Below, one piece after another: positions 35,942 to 47,300 of a DNA stretch of 64,000 nucleotides. Source of the DNA: Thermoguttaceae bacterium. GTDB taxonomy: Bacteria; Planctomycetota; Planctomycetia; Pirellulales; Thermoguttaceae. Numbering within the stretch: position 1 is the first letter of the stretch; each line of letters opens with the position of its first letter. The notes under the pieces are model-generated. The model was not told the origin of the DNA, ran no database searches, and worked only from the letters and a program-made list of their open reading frames with translations. The position numbers and the translations under genes are program-made. The stretch spans positions 30,770 through 94,769 of the forward strand of contig JAVBPI010000043.1 of assembly GCA_031549705.1 (NCBI GenBank). Direction: 5' to 3'.

Positions 35942-36397
35942 CTAAACGGTGAATTCCAAATACGCATGGTCCGGCGGTTCGAAACCGAGTTTGCGGTAGA
36001 TCGGTTCGCCCGCTTCCGTGGCGTGCAGGTCGAGACGCGAAATACCACGATCCTTGGCGTCGCTCATCAATCGTAACATGATTTCCTTCGCCACGCCCCG
36101 TTTTCGGTGCGCCGGATCGACGTAAATGTTGAACACATACGCCGAAACGCCGTCGCGCAACAGATATCCCGGTGCGTAACGGCGAATCGCAAAGCCGCCG
36201 CCGCCGACCACATGGCCGCCGTCCAACGCCAACCAATAGACGCATTCGCCCGTCGGAATCGTTTCGGCATAATACTTCCGATTCGGTTCCCGAAGCGATT
36301 CGGCGTCCATGTCGGGCTTCGCGTCACGGAAAAACCGAAGACGCTGTTCCACCAACAGGTCAAGGTCCGAAATGTCGGCACGACGATATTCCATCAT
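35942..36397 (-). CDS. GNAT family N-acetyltransferase
   Basis: The acetyl-CoA motif A is present (VFNIYVDPAHRKRGVAKEIMLRL). It is 151 aa starting from MMEYRR. Confidence 0.8.
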   Translation of the reverse strand: MMEYRRADISDLDLLVEQRLRFFRDAKPDMDAESLREPNRKYYAETIPTGECVYWLALDGGHVVGGGGFAIRRYAPGYLLRDGVSAYVFNIYVDPAHRKRGVAKEIMLRLMSDAKDRGISRLDLHATEAGEPIYRKLGFEPPDHAYLEFTV

Positions 36398-36402
36398 TTT
36401 CG

Positions 36403-36843
36403 TTACGCGGCGGCACGTCGTCGGCGTTCGTTTTGGGTGCGTTTGGCGCAGGTCGTTAACAGAAGTTTCGCGTCCTGCAGGAAATCCGACGCCTTTTCGA
36501 ACGTTCGCACGGCAATCGTGCTCGACTGGGAAAGATGTTCGCAATCGGCGTATTCGAGCCAACGGTTCACGTCGCCGATGACTCCCGAGACGTCCGCCAA
36601 CCGGATTATCTTTTCCGTCGAGGCGTCCTTCACGGCGGAGTCGCCGAGCTTGTCGCGGAGTTGGTTCTCGATCATGCTCAGGCAGACCTTGAACGTCAAA
36701 TGAAAATTCTGGACCACCGCCGATTGGAGCACGCTCTTGAACTCGATTCCGAGCCCTTGAAACTCCGGCGATCGGGCGTACTTCAACGCATCCTCGAACG
36801 AACGAATCGCGTCCAACAGTTTATCCGAATTTCGTAATCGCAT
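36403..36843 (-). CDS. HEPN-like protein of the HI0074 (nucleotidyltransferase substrate-binding) type, catalytic motif apparently degenerate
   Basis: The architecture and blocks (VVQNFHLTFKVCLSMIENQL; IIRLADVSGVIGDVNRWLEYAD) parallel the HI0074 family. Where I expect R-N-x-x-S-H the sequence reads C-E-H-L-S-Q. A strong SD (AAGGAGG) precedes the ATG at 36843. Confidence 0.55.
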   Translation of the reverse strand: MRLRNSDKLLDAIRSFEDALKYARSPEFQGLGIEFKSVLQSAVVQNFHLTFKVCLSMIENQLRDKLGDSAVKDASTEKIIRLADVSGVIGDVNRWLEYADCEHLSQSSTIAVRTFEKASDFLQDAKLLLTTCAKRTQNERRRRAAA

Positions 36844-36875
36844 GATTTCCCTCCTTGAAAAAGCGTCAAAAAACC

Positions 36876-36903
36876 AAGCGCGTCGGAGGCCGACGCGGCT
36901 AAC
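36876..36903. repeat. Half copy of repeat family 3 (REP)
   Basis: The sequence aagcgcgtcggaggccgacgcggctaac matches the right arm of the REP doublets at 56737-57925. Confidence 0.6.
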
Positions 36904-37423
36904 CCACCTGCATGAGCGACGTACTGACCATGAAGACACGGTCCTGGATCGACAACGTTTCCGGGTCGTCCACCTCGAACGTCACGCTGCAGTACTCGAT
37001 TCCTTTCGAGTACGAAATATGGTAATTGCTCCCTAAAATCACGGACGGCACCGTAATGTTGCCGATCATCCACGGCGTGTTGTACAATCTCGTTTTCAAA
37101 CCGCCGGCGACGATGTTCGTCAGTTCACCGACGCCGTCGACCACTTGGTGGTCCAGCTTCGTAAATTCGTCTTGAAGCAGTCCCGCTACGGCGACCAAGG
37201 CGACGCGTTCCGGGAGGTTCATCGTCAAAAATCCCGTACACTTTCCACTCATCCCGATCATTCCCGTCACGCCGGCGTTCGGGAGCTGTGTCGGAATTTT
37301 CGTAATCCCGACGACGTGCATTTTCGTGTCGCACATTTGAAAGCACCCCTCCACCGCCTGGATGATCGCGTTGACCACCGGATAGTTGACGGACAGACCC
37401 CGGATTGCGTTTGCTTCGGACAC
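36899..37423 (-). CDS. CheX-like chemotaxis phosphatase family protein
   Basis: It has the CheX pattern (GVTGMIGMSGKCTGFLTMNLPERVA..ELTNIVAGGLK). A GTG start lies 4 nt after the upstream stop. Confidence 0.65.
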   Translation of the reverse strand: MSEANAIRGLSVNYPVVNAIIQAVEGCFQMCDTKMHVVGITKIPTQLPNAGVTGMIGMSGKCTGFLTMNLPERVALVAVAGLLQDEFTKLDHQVVDGVGELTNIVAGGLKTRLYNTPWMIGNITVPSVILGSNYHISYSKGIEYCSVTFEVDDPETLSIQDRVFMVSTSLMQVG

Positions 37424-37426
37424 GTT

Positions 37427-39496
37427 TTATTCTCTTTCTAAATCGTAACGTTTGATTTTCCGATCGAGCGTGGTTCGTTCGATGCCGAGTTGCTTCGACG
37501 CCAGGCTCTTGTTCCATTGAACGTGTTCGAGCGTCCGGATGATATGGTTGCGTTCCATGTCTTCCAGCGTCAACGGGATGAACACGTCCTGCGGCTCCGG
37601 ACGGCGGATATCCGAGTCCCCCATCGTGTTGAGCGACGAGAGGAGCAGATCGTGCTCTTGAATAAACGTGTCGGAACCGAGAACGACGGCCCGTTCGATC
37701 ACGTTTTTCAGTTCACGAACATTCCCCGGCCAACGGTATTCGAGCAGCACGCGCATGGCGTCCTGGGTAAAACCCTGGTATTTTCGTCCGGTTTCCTTGC
37801 AATATTTGCTCAAAAAATGTTCGGCGAGGATCGGGATGTCCTCGACCCGTTTGCGCAGCGGCGGAACGATGATTTCCAGCACGCGGAGCCGGAAGAACAA
37901 ATCGTGACGAAAACGTCCTTCGGCGACCTCTTTTTCCAGGTCGCGGTTCGTCGCCGCGATCACCCGAACGTCGACGGAGATCGGAATGTTGCCGCCGACC
38001 CGTTCGAACGGATGTCCTTCGAGCACCCGGAGGAACTACGCCTGGAGCGATTGCGACATTTCGCCGATTTCGTCCAAAAAAAGCGTCCCGGTGTTCGCGG
38101 CTTCGAACTTGCCGATCTTCCGATCGGTCGCCCCGGTGAACGAGCCTTTTTCGTGACCGAAAAGTTCGCTGGCGAGCAAACTCTCGGAAATCGCCGCGCA
38201 GTTCAAGCAAACGAGCGGTTTCGATTTTCGCGGACTCGCGAAATGGACCGCCCTGGCGATCAACTCCTTGCCGACTCCGCTTTCACCGCGGACCAACAGC
38301 GACGTCTTCGCTTCGGCAGCCCGCGAAATCAGGTGATGAATCGTGTTCATCGGCTGGCTGATTCCGATGATCTCGCTGTTCATTTGCAGCATTTCACGGA
38401 GCGACGTGTTCTCCTTTTGCGCCTGGTTCAAATTCGCCGCAAGCTCTTTCTGCTTGTTGACATGCGCCAAAGCGACGCCGACGGTATCCGCGACCGCCAA
38501 GGCGTATTCAAGGTCGTCCTCGTCAAGGTATTTCGACGGCGAAATCGTGTAAAGGTGAAGCAATCCCAAAATGCCGTTTTGGTACCGAATCGGCGAGGCA
38601 AGGGTATTGTTGCCGCCGAATTCCGAACGGGTCCCCAAATCGGTTCCGGCATGTCCGCCGACCCGACGCTTCGATCCCGTTCCCCGTTTCGGGGCGTCGT
38701 TGAAAAGAATCGCCTCTTTTTTGTCGAACACCGTCCGAACGAGCGATTCCGAAATCGGATTGTATTGGTTCTCTTCCAGCGTTGCGTTGGCGACCAACCG
38801 GATATCCGATGCCTGCTGCGACGATTTCAAATTGTACGGAAACAACCAAAGCCCGGCACCTTCCGCGCCGGTTGCGTGGAGAAGTCCTTCAATCGCGATT
38901 TTGGCGACCTGGTCGATTTCTTCCGCCTTGCCCAATTGGTACGCCATTCGACAAAGTTCGACGGCGCCGTAACCGGCCCGCGTCGTGATGCGCTGCGCTT
39001 GCTTCGCGTCGCTGTCCGGCTTCAAAATCGCCGTGTGCTCCCGCTGATGGAGAATCTCCGGCTCCAAATGCTTGTCGGGCTGCGGACCTCGCAAGGTCTC
39101 GCTGGAAACGCCGATGATTCCCGTCCGTTCGGCGATCATTCCGGTTTCGTCGTCGAGCAGGGAAGGTTCCGTCGCCGCAGTGCCCGGTTCACCGCAACCG
39201 AACTGCAACTCCGAACGGCCGACCTGAATCCGGCTGCCGGGAATCAGTTCGTGAATCTGTGTCGAGAGGAGCGTGCCGTCGACGATCGTGCCGTTGCGGC
39301 TGCCGAGGTCCTGCACGAACCACTGGCCGTTTTCGTAAAAGATTTTCGCGTGGTAGCGACTGCAACGGTCGTCCAAAAGCGAGATCGTGTTCTCCGAAGC
39401 GCGACCGACCGTCGCGGCAACGCCGTCCGCCAAGGGAAAGAGTTCCTTCTGCTCTCCGTTACTGAGAAGAACCAAATAAGCGGTTTCCGATTGCAT
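37427..39496 (-). pseudogene. FHA-GAF-sigma54 AAA+-HTH transcriptional activator interrupted by one in-frame TAG
   Basis: The two listed ORFs (38036-39526 and 37427-38026) are in the same frame. The junction reads [35 protein letters not shown], where NtrC-type activators have ..LQAKLLRVL... Also present are an FHA domain ([40 protein letters not shown]), Walker A GESGVGKE, and a Fis-type HTH at the C-terminus. Confidence 0.8.
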
Positions 39497-39617
39497 GGAC
39501 ACGAGAAAAGAGTGTTCGACATTCAAAACGATACAACGTGATGCATTCTATTGTATCGTTTCGATACATTTTTGGGAAGGAGGTTGAGAAAAAGAGCGTC
39601 GGTAGTCGACCGGGTAA

Positions 39618-39720
39618 GGTAGGCTGCCGACCGCCGGGCGGCAGCGTCCGGTACCCCGGACCTGAATCAGAATCCGGTGCGGAGTACCGCACGTCGTCGC
39701 CCGGCGGTCGACGACATACC
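39618..39720. repeat. REPIN/MITE-like element, repeat family 2
   Basis: The left arm is GGTAGGCTGCCGACCGCCGGGCGG and the right arm is an imperfect complement. Internal hairpins are GTCCGGTACCCCGGAC and GTGCGGAGTACCGCAC. Confidence 0.75.
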
Positions 39721-39744
39721 TGATCGGTCAACTTCGTTTTGTCC

Positions 39745-41523
39745 TTACGCAACCCGCCGGATTTTCAACCGTTTTTCCTGTGGTTCGGGGAACGACAGCA
39801 TGATCGGTTCCTCTTCACTCGGCGGAATGTACGATTGCAGGAACCGTCCCAGCTCCATGTGAACATCTTGGAACAGGTCGGACCACGGTTGTCCCATCCG
39901 CTGCCGGAAGAGCCGCGCGGTCGGATGCCAAAGCGAACTCTTGGCTCCGAGCGTCCAACGCCAATCGGCCGGAGCGGGAGCGATCACCCAGGTTCGAACG
40001 CCAAGCGCGGCGGCGAGGTGAGCGACATATCCCGGCGGCGTCAGTACCAAGTCGAGTGACGACAAAAGTCCAGCCATCTCGTCGAGGTCGTATTGGAACG
40101 CCTCCGGATAGAGCCGAATCTGCATTGTCGTTTGCTTGCGATACAGGTCGATCTCCTTCTGCTTCGAGCCGTTTTGGAGGCAAACCCACGCGGCGTCCGC
40201 TTGGTTGCGGAGCATCAGGTTACGGAGTTCGAACATCGGCAGCGCGGTCTGCTGTTCGGTTTCGGCGGTCCATCCTCCCTGCCAGAGAACACCGACTTTG
40301 GCGACGCCCCCCACTTCCGCAAGGCGGTTCGTCCATTTTTCGACGCAATCATTATCGGGAAGGAGATAAACCTTTTTCTGCGGGAACGCTTCGGCGTTCG
40401 GTCGGAAGAATCGGGGGAGGCTTCCGAACGCAATCTGGTTGTCGAACGCCAGATTCCACGGATTGCCGCCCATCGCAACGGTATCCTGAGCGAGTGGAAC
40501 CACGGTTGCGCGGGGAAAGGACCGTTTGAATAGGCCGTGCAACGACGAATCGCATTCGACGACGACGTGTCCGACGCGGTTGATCAGGTCCGGCAGACAG
40601 GACGCGAACATCAGGTCGGCGGCGGTTCCCTCTTCGGAATAAGCGAGAATCGTTTGGTTGTCGTTCTCGGTGCCGTCCCAATTCGGCAGGGCGTGCCGTT
40701 CCCAGCTCCCGAACGCACAGCCGAGACGAAATTCCATCGCGTCCCAACCGTCTTCGAGATATCCGAGGGCGAGGAGCGACTTTCCGTAGCCGACGACCGC
40801 TTGCGGCCATTCCATTGCGACTTGCAGCATCCGTTGGTAATACGGAAGCGAATCTTTGTACCGCTCGACATGCCGGAGCGATTCCGCGAGATAAAAACAG
40901 GCATCCGGCGAGGCGGGATCAAGCCGAGACGCTTCTTCAAGCGGTCGGATCGAGTCGCCGTGCTTGCCGAGCAGCGTCAGAACGTATCCGAGCGTCAGCC
41001 AGGCGGAGGCGTTCTCCGGTTGCAGTTTCGTGAGTTTGCGGAAACTGTCGACGGCGTCTTTCACCCCCCCCGCTTCGAATTGGAGCTGCGCAAGATTGAT
41101 AAGCGGATCGGCGTCCAACGGCGAAAGCCGGGCGGCGATTTTCAGCGCCGCGATCGCTTCGGCCCGATTCCCGACCGCCCGTTGGGCCAAGCCGAGATGG
41201 AAATGGAGCGTCGCCTGGGACTGCGTGATTTCCTCAGCGGAAAAGTCATCGGTCGGGACGTTTTTCCCATTCGGCGGGGGGAGCTGAAGCAGTGCTTCGT
41301 GAAAAAACTCGATTCCTCGTTTCGGATCGTCAATCTGGCAGTAAAGCACCCCCATTCCATCGAGCGCGAGCCAGTTTTCCGGATCCTCGGTGAGAATTTC
41401 CGTGTAGAATGTCTCGGCATTCAGCAAATCGCCGTCGAGGAGCGCGTTGCGAGCCGCTGTTAATTTGTCGTCGCAGATCATCGTCGTCTTTCCTTGATGC
41501 AAGGACCGAAATAATGTCGACAC
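39745..41523 (-). CDS. TPR-repeat protein with C-terminal glycosyltransferase family 9-like domain
   Basis: It has N-terminal TPR helices. The C-terminal block is VGVLWQGG..LDEMAGLLSSLDLVLTPPGYVAHLAAALGVRTWVIAPAPADWRWTLG..SLWHPTARLFRQ, typical of TPR-GT9 fusions. The start is uncertain; an alternative ATG lies 14 codons in. Confidence 0.7.
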   Translation of the reverse strand: MSTLFRSLHQGKTTMICDDKLTAARNALLDGDLLNAETFYTEILTEDPENWLALDGMGVLYCQIDDPKRGIEFFHEALLQLPPPNGKNVPTDDFSAEEITQSQATLHFHLGLAQRAVGNRAEAIAALKIAARLSPLDADPLINLAQLQFEAGGVKDAVDSFRKLTKLQPENASAWLTLGYVLTLLGKHGDSIRPLEEASRLDPASPDACFYLAESLRHVERYKDSLPYYQRMLQVAMEWPQAVVGYGKSLLALGYLEDGWDAMEFRLGCAFGSWERHALPNWDGTENDNQTILAYSEEGTAADLMFASCLPDLINRVGHVVVECDSSLHGLFKRSFPRATVVPLAQDTVAMGGNPWNLAFDNQIAFGSLPRFFRPNAEAFPQKKVYLLPDNDCVEKWTNRLAEVGGVAKVGVLWQGGWTAETEQQTALPMFELRNLMLRNQADAAWVCLQNGSKQKEIDLYRKQTTMQIRLYPEAFQYDLDEMAGLLSSLDLVLTPPGYVAHLAAALGVRTWVIAPAPADWRWTLGAKSSLWHPTARLFRQRMGQPWSDLFQDVHMELGRFLQSYIPPSEEEPIMLSFPEPQEKRLKIRRVA

Positions 41524-41875
41524 GACGAACTCTCCACCGGTACGGCAGAGGAACGTCTTTCAGTCGTAATCGTCCATACAACTCGAAAAGTTCATACAAT
41601 CCGCAAATTTTATCAAAACGAGTCGCTCGGTAGCACGACTGGAAAACCGACTCTCCGCAAAAAACCTCAAAGCGTGCTCGTATTATTCAAACGATATTCA
41701 CCGTTGCGAAAGAAGAAAAAAACGTCCGTGCATGAATATCGTTCGATTGATTTTCCGTAAAAACATGATAAAATACGGCACGAACACCTTTGGTGTTCCG
41801 GCTAAACGGACAACACACAAAATTTGTTTTGGCGGTGTACCATTACCTTTCCGACAATGGGGTGCGAGCGACAAT

Positions 41876-42682
41876 ATGGACTTCCTGAAACTCTCCGGTA
41901 AACGATTTCTGATCTTCGGTGTGGCGAACAAGAAGAGCATTGCGTACCAGATTACGAAAATGCTCCTCGATGAAGGAGCGACGGTCGACCTGGTGGTCCG
42001 GGACGCCAAAATCGCGGAAAAGGTTGCGCCGTTGTTTCCGGGCTCCCAAGTGTTCCCCTGCGACGTGGAAAGCGACACCGAGCTAAAATCGCTCGCCGAA
42101 CAATTGAGTGAACACCTCGGTTCGGAGCGGTACGCCGGGCTGGTCCATTCGATTGCGTTCGCGGATTACAGCGACGGCATGAAACCGTTCCACGAAACGC
42201 CGAAAAAGGCGTTTTTGCAGGCGCTGGACATTTCGTGCTTCTCGTTGATTTCGATCTGCCGCGAGTTGGCTCCGCTGTTGGAGAAAACGGCGTCCGTCGT
42301 GACGATTTCGATTTCGACGACCCGTATGGCAAGCGAAAATTACGGATTCATGGCCCCGATCAAGGCGGCGCTCGATTCGTCGTTGGCGTTCCTGACGAAA
42401 TCGTTCAGCGCGTTTTCGGAGGTCCGTTTCAACGCGGTCGCTCCGAGCTTGCTGAAGACGTCGGCGTCGGCGGGAATCCCCGGTTACGCCGACTCGTATC
42501 TGTACGCCGAACAGGCGATTCCCCGCAAACGGGCCTTGGAAACCGAAGAAGCGGCAGCGGTCGCCGTGTTTCTGCTGAGCCCGCGTTCCAGTGGAATCGC
42601 GGCCCAAAAAATCGTCGTCGACGCCGCCATGGAAACGAACTTCTTCGACAAGGAAATCATCGAAAAAGTCGTCGGGGAATAA
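41876..42682 (+). CDS. fabI: Enoyl-[acyl-carrier-protein] reductase (NADH)
   Basis: Motifs present are [16 protein letters not shown] and [19 protein letters not shown]. It is 268 aa from the ATG at 41876. The listed start at 41732 adds an implausible leader. Confidence 0.85.
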   Translation: MDFLKLSGKRFLIFGVANKKSIAYQITKMLLDEGATVDLVVRDAKIAEKVAPLFPGSQVFPCDVESDTELKSLAEQLSEHLGSERYAGLVHSIAFADYSDGMKPFHETPKKAFLQALDISCFSLISICRELAPLLEKTASVVTISISTTRMASENYGFMAPIKAALDSSLAFLTKSFSAFSEVRFNAVAPSLLKTSASAGIPGYADSYLYAEQAIPRKRALETEEAAAVAVFLLSPRSSGIAAQKIVVDAAMETNFFDKEIIEKVVGE

Positions 42683-42760
42683 AATACCACATTTTTGTAT
42701 GAGAGAGTTTGGCGTTTAGGGGCGAAAACGGTGGTGGTGTTTGGTGAGACGCCGAGATTA

Positions 42761-42796
42761 CCGTCCCCTCTCTCCCTCCGGGAGAGGGGAGGGCAG
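42761..42796. repeat. Short palindromic element, repeat family 4; possible bidirectional terminator
   Basis: The sequence is ccgtcccctctctccctccgggagaggggagggcag. It lies between the convergent fabI and kinase genes. Confidence 0.55.
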
Positions 42797-42807
42797 ATTG
42801 CCCCTTT

Positions 42808-44169
42808 TCACGAGACCGTCCGAAACTCGTAATCCTCGCCGGTATCCATCGTCGCGGCATCGTCTTGAAATCCGAGTTTCTCCGACAATCCGAGCGGCGG
42901 AATCCACGGTTGCAGCCGTTCGACGATTTCCCGAGCCGTTCGGATCCGTCGGTTCGGATCCTTGGCAAGCATCGCCCGGAGAATTTGCACGATATCGAAC
43001 GGAATCGTCTGATTGAAGACGCGCGGATCGGTCGGCTCGTACAATAAATGGGCGCGGAATTTTTGTTTGTTGTCCCCCTTGGGAAAAGGGACGACTCCCG
43101 TCAACACCAGATAAAACGTGCAACCGAGCGAATAAATGTCCCACGACGGCGTCGGTTCGTCGGGAGAACGGATTTGATCCGGCGCCAGAAAGTCGACCGT
43201 TCCCGCGACTTTGCCGCTCAAACCGGTCGCCTTGTCGATTTGACGCTCCAGGATCGTCCCCTCTTCGATCTTTTCGTTGGCGACATAGGTCGAGCTCAAC
43301 CGCGACGGAACCGTGAGCCCCATATCGCCGAGCTTGGCGGTCCCTTCACTGGAAAGCATCACGTTCGCCGGTTTGATGTCCCGATGAACCAACCCGTTTT
43401 CGTGGAGACACTGAAGTCCTTGGGCAAGATGCGAAATGATCGCCGCCGCGACATCAAACGGCAACTTCCCTTCGGTTCGCAAAAGCTGCCGCAAGTCGCC
43501 GCCGTCGACGAATTCGTGAACCATGTAATGAACGTTTCCGTCCCGTCCCGACGCAAAGTACCGGACCAGATTCGGGTGCTGCAGGTTTTGTTGGACTTCG
43601 ATTTCATGCAGAAATCTCGCCGTCAGTTCCGGCGTTGCGCGACCGAACGGCAACACCTTGATCGCATAGAAGGGCTCCACGGCGAAAAACGAATGAGCCC
43701 CCTTCTCCCGTTTTTTGCGGACCTCGCGGTCTTCACGGCCGAGAAAAACGTGTCCGTACCCCCCTTTACCGATGGAGTCGAGAATCCGATAGTCGCCGAG
43801 CGAAAATTTCGTTCGACCGTCCAGAAGCTGCGTCGCCTGCCAGGTATTCAGGACCCCCCGTTTGACCAATTCGTCCGCAAGGCGGCGGTCTCCATCGGTA
43901 ATTCTGCTCTTCGCAACGGTCGTGGAATCTCCCTCCAGCGACTCGTCGGAATCCGATGACGGTTCGTCCACGATCGACGCGACCGGTCCGACATGGTGCT
44001 CCGCTCCCTTTAACCGTGCCGTATGCTGGTATTGCTCCACCCCCGTTGCCGCCGAAGCGGACAACGGCGTTCCACCGGATTGCCGAAGCGATTCCAAAGC
44101 TTCATTGAGCACCGCCTCGGTGACGAGGCGGCTCGCCTTGGCGTAGTGATAAAATCGGGGCGGCTCCAT
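42808..44169 (-). CDS. Serine/threonine protein kinase
   Basis: Motifs present are a Gly loop GKGGYGHVF, AIKVL, the catalytic loop HRDIKPANVML, and DMGL. An N-terminal extension of about 130 aa has unknown function. Confidence 0.9.
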   Translation of the reverse strand: MEPPRFYHYAKASRLVTEAVLNEALESLRQSGGTPLSASAATGVEQYQHTARLKGAEHHVGPVASIVDEPSSDSDESLEGDSTTVAKSRITDGDRRLADELVKRGVLNTWQATQLLDGRTKFSLGDYRILDSIGKGGYGHVFLGREDREVRKKREKGAHSFFAVEPFYAIKVLPFGRATPELTARFLHEIEVQQNLQHPNLVRYFASGRDGNVHYMVHEFVDGGDLRQLLRTEGKLPFDVAAAIISHLAQGLQCLHENGLVHRDIKPANVMLSSEGTAKLGDMGLTVPSRLSSTYVANEKIEEGTILERQIDKATGLSGKVAGTVDFLAPDQIRSPDEPTPSWDIYSLGCTFYLVLTGVVPFPKGDNKQKFRAHLLYEPTDPRVFNQTIPFDIVQILRAMLAKDPNRRIRTAREIVERLQPWIPPLGLSEKLGFQDDAATMDTGEDYEFRTVS

Positions 44170-44331
44170 GAAACGAAAGGGTTGAATGACTCAAAAGAAA
44201 ATGCCGATTTCATTATAAACGATTTCGACCGACTCTCATAGACCCGCAGGAAGCTCGTTGCGGCTCCGCGAATTTTGAGCTAAAATAAAAGAAAGAACGA
44301 TTCCGCTCTCTCCTGATTTTTGGAATTCTTC

Positions 44332-47300
44332 ATGTCCGACGCAATCACACGATTTATTCTTGACCGGATCGTCAACGATTATGTGCGGCTCCGTAAAGCG
44401 GGAATCGCTCCGGAACCAATTGCCTACGTCAATCTCTGGCCGAAATACTCCGACCGATTGACTCAGGACATCCTGTTCACGGAGTACCGGCTTCGAGCCG
44501 AATGGGGGCAATCCGTTTCCGTGGAGGCGTTTCTCGCCCAAAATCCGTTCCTGAAGACGGACGGCGCTTTCGTGTTGCGGTTGCTCGAATTCGAACTCGA
44601 AAACGCCGACGAGTCGCCGGACACCGATTCCGTCTGCCAACGGTTTCCGCAAATCAATCGGGAGCAGCTTTCGCAAGCCGTGGAACTCGCGCAGTTGCGA
44701 CGCAGTTGGAAACCGAAATCGCAGACCGTTTCATCGCCGACATCCACCCAGTTAAGCCCACAGACCGAAGGTCCCGGCGCCGATTCGAACCAAACCGCCG
44801 CGTTCACGCCGGACGCAACGGTCCAACGGCAACCCGATTCGAACCAAACCGCCGCGTTCGCGCCGGACACAACGGTTCAGTTGAGCCCGCAGACAGGAGG
44901 TTCCGGCATCCAGGAAACGTGGTCGCAAGAAAAATCCCAAACCCTCCAATGGAGCGTCCATCAAACCAACGACGCCGACCAAACGATTGCTCCGACGGGA
45001 ACTCCGACCGCTGCCGTTTCTTCTTCACCGCAACCGAGCCCATTAACCCCGACGGCGAAGGGAGCGGCAGACGTTTCCCAAAAAGCCGGAACGCCCGAAC
45101 CTCGATCAAGGGATCACCTGACGACGACGGAGTTTTCCGTAACGGATACGCTCACCGTGGAGAAATTTCTCGGGAGCGGTCGGTGGAAAGACGTTTACAA
45201 AGCGAAACAGGAAAGCACGCGACAATTCGTTGCGCTGAAGCACTTACGTGAGAAAAACGACGCGGAACGGGAGGGACTCGTTCGGGAAGTCCGTACCCAG
45301 GCGAAGTTGACGCATCAAAACATTCCGCCGGTTTTTGCGCTGGAGACGCTGCCGTCCGGTCAGGCGATCGTCGTTGAAAAACTCGTCGACGGCGACCGTT
45401 GGTCGGACACGATCCGAACGCGGACCTTGGAGGACAATCTCCGCATCCTTTTGGAAATCGCTTATGCGCTGTCGTTTGCGCATCGGCAACATCATATCAT
45501 CCATCGGGACTTGAAGCCGGACAACGTCGTCATCAACGACAAATACGACGAGGTCTACCTGATCGACTGGGGCTTGGCGATCGACGTCGGCGACGCGAAA
45601 TCCGACTCCGAGGACATGGTCCCCCACGTCAGCACCGTGGAAGGGGTTGCGGGAACCCCGTTGTACTGGGCGCCGGAACTTGCGGCGGGAGAACCGTGGA
45701 AGTGTTCGCCGGCAACCGACGTCTTCCTGCTCGGCGCGATGCTTTACGAAGTCCTGACCGGACACGCACCGTACGAAATGTTCGATCCGCGAAAGTACAG
45801 CGTCGGCAATGTTTCCGTGTCGACAAATCCGCAATCACGGATGACCGAAGCGCAAACGGTCGCCGAAGTCGGCCCGATGCTCCGCGCGGTGCGGGCGATC
45901 ATCATCCCGCCGTTGCAATGGCATTCCGAACGATATATGCCCGACGAACTGGTCGCCGTCGCCATGAAGGCGATGGCGTTGGAACCGTCCGACCGTTACG
46001 CCGACGCCGGGAACTTCATCGATGCGATCAAGCAATACCAGCATTTCGCGATCGTAACGAGCAGGTGTGACAAAAATTGGAAGCAGCTCAAAGCGCTGAC
46101 GCGGGAACGATGCAAAACCGCCGGGAAACCTTCGTCGCTGCTCGCCCTGACGCTCCGTTTCCTGGAGACGGCGGATATCTTTCACGGTGTGATCGGCGAA
46201 CTACAGGGACGGGACGACGCCCCGAAACGACGTCCGGATGAAAACGCAACGGAAATTCACCCGACGCTCCTTGCCGCCCGCAAAGGGGAAATCGAAGCAC
46301 GCAAGGAATTGGTCGGCTTGACGCTCGAATCCGGCGACTTGACCCTGGCCGACGCGCAGATCGGTTTAATGGAACGAAATCCGCTCCACGATCCGGCGAC
46401 GACGAACCTGTTACGGCATCAGGTCCGGACGCTCCAACAAGCGAGAAAACGCGCCCGGATGATGAAATGGGTCGCCGTCGGACTGCTCGCCGTGTTCCTC
46501 GGCTCGTCGATTTTATACGGATTCCTGATCAACGAGCAATACAAACAAACCGCGAAGGAATACCGCCGCGCCGAAGAGAACCGGGCTCGCGCCGAAGAGA
46601 ACTTCCAAAAAGCGCAGAGCGCCGTCAACGAATTCTTTACCGAGTTCGCCAAGGAGGACGCCGTCAAGAGCGCGGGCCTGATGCCGCTCCGTCGCAAGCT
46701 CCTTGATTCGGCGAGGCGGTATTACGACGATTTCGCGTCGCAAAAACACGACAATCCCGACGTCATCGCCGGAAAAGTCAGCTCGCTTTTCGACATGGGG
46801 GGGATCGAAGAGGGGTTCGGCAACGGACACGATGCGATCGACTATTATCTCAAGGCGATCCAACTCGGCGAGGCACTGGTTTCCAGGCATCCCGACAACG
46901 AACATTACCTCGAGATCCTCTCGAAGTGCTACAAAGACCTCGCCGTCGTTTACGAAGCGGAAAACTTCGACGCCGGCCGGATTCTCGACTGTAACGAAAA
47001 GGCGTTGACGATTTCGCGAAAACTGGTCGCCGACCATCCGGACGTTCCGGAGTTCCACCGCAACCTTGCGCGGGCACTGCACAATTTCGGCGTCTTCGAA
47101 TTTCGGCACGGAAACGATCCGAAAGCGATCGCGTTCTTCGACGAATCGCTGAACGTCCGCGAGGGGATGCTCCGCTTCCCCGATCCGCCGGAGTACCATT
47201 TCGGCAAATCACAAACCCAGTTCCTGGTCGGAATGGTGTTCGCCAAAGAGGGCCGACCGGACGAAGCGGACAAAAAATTCGACGCCGCGCTGCAAACGAT

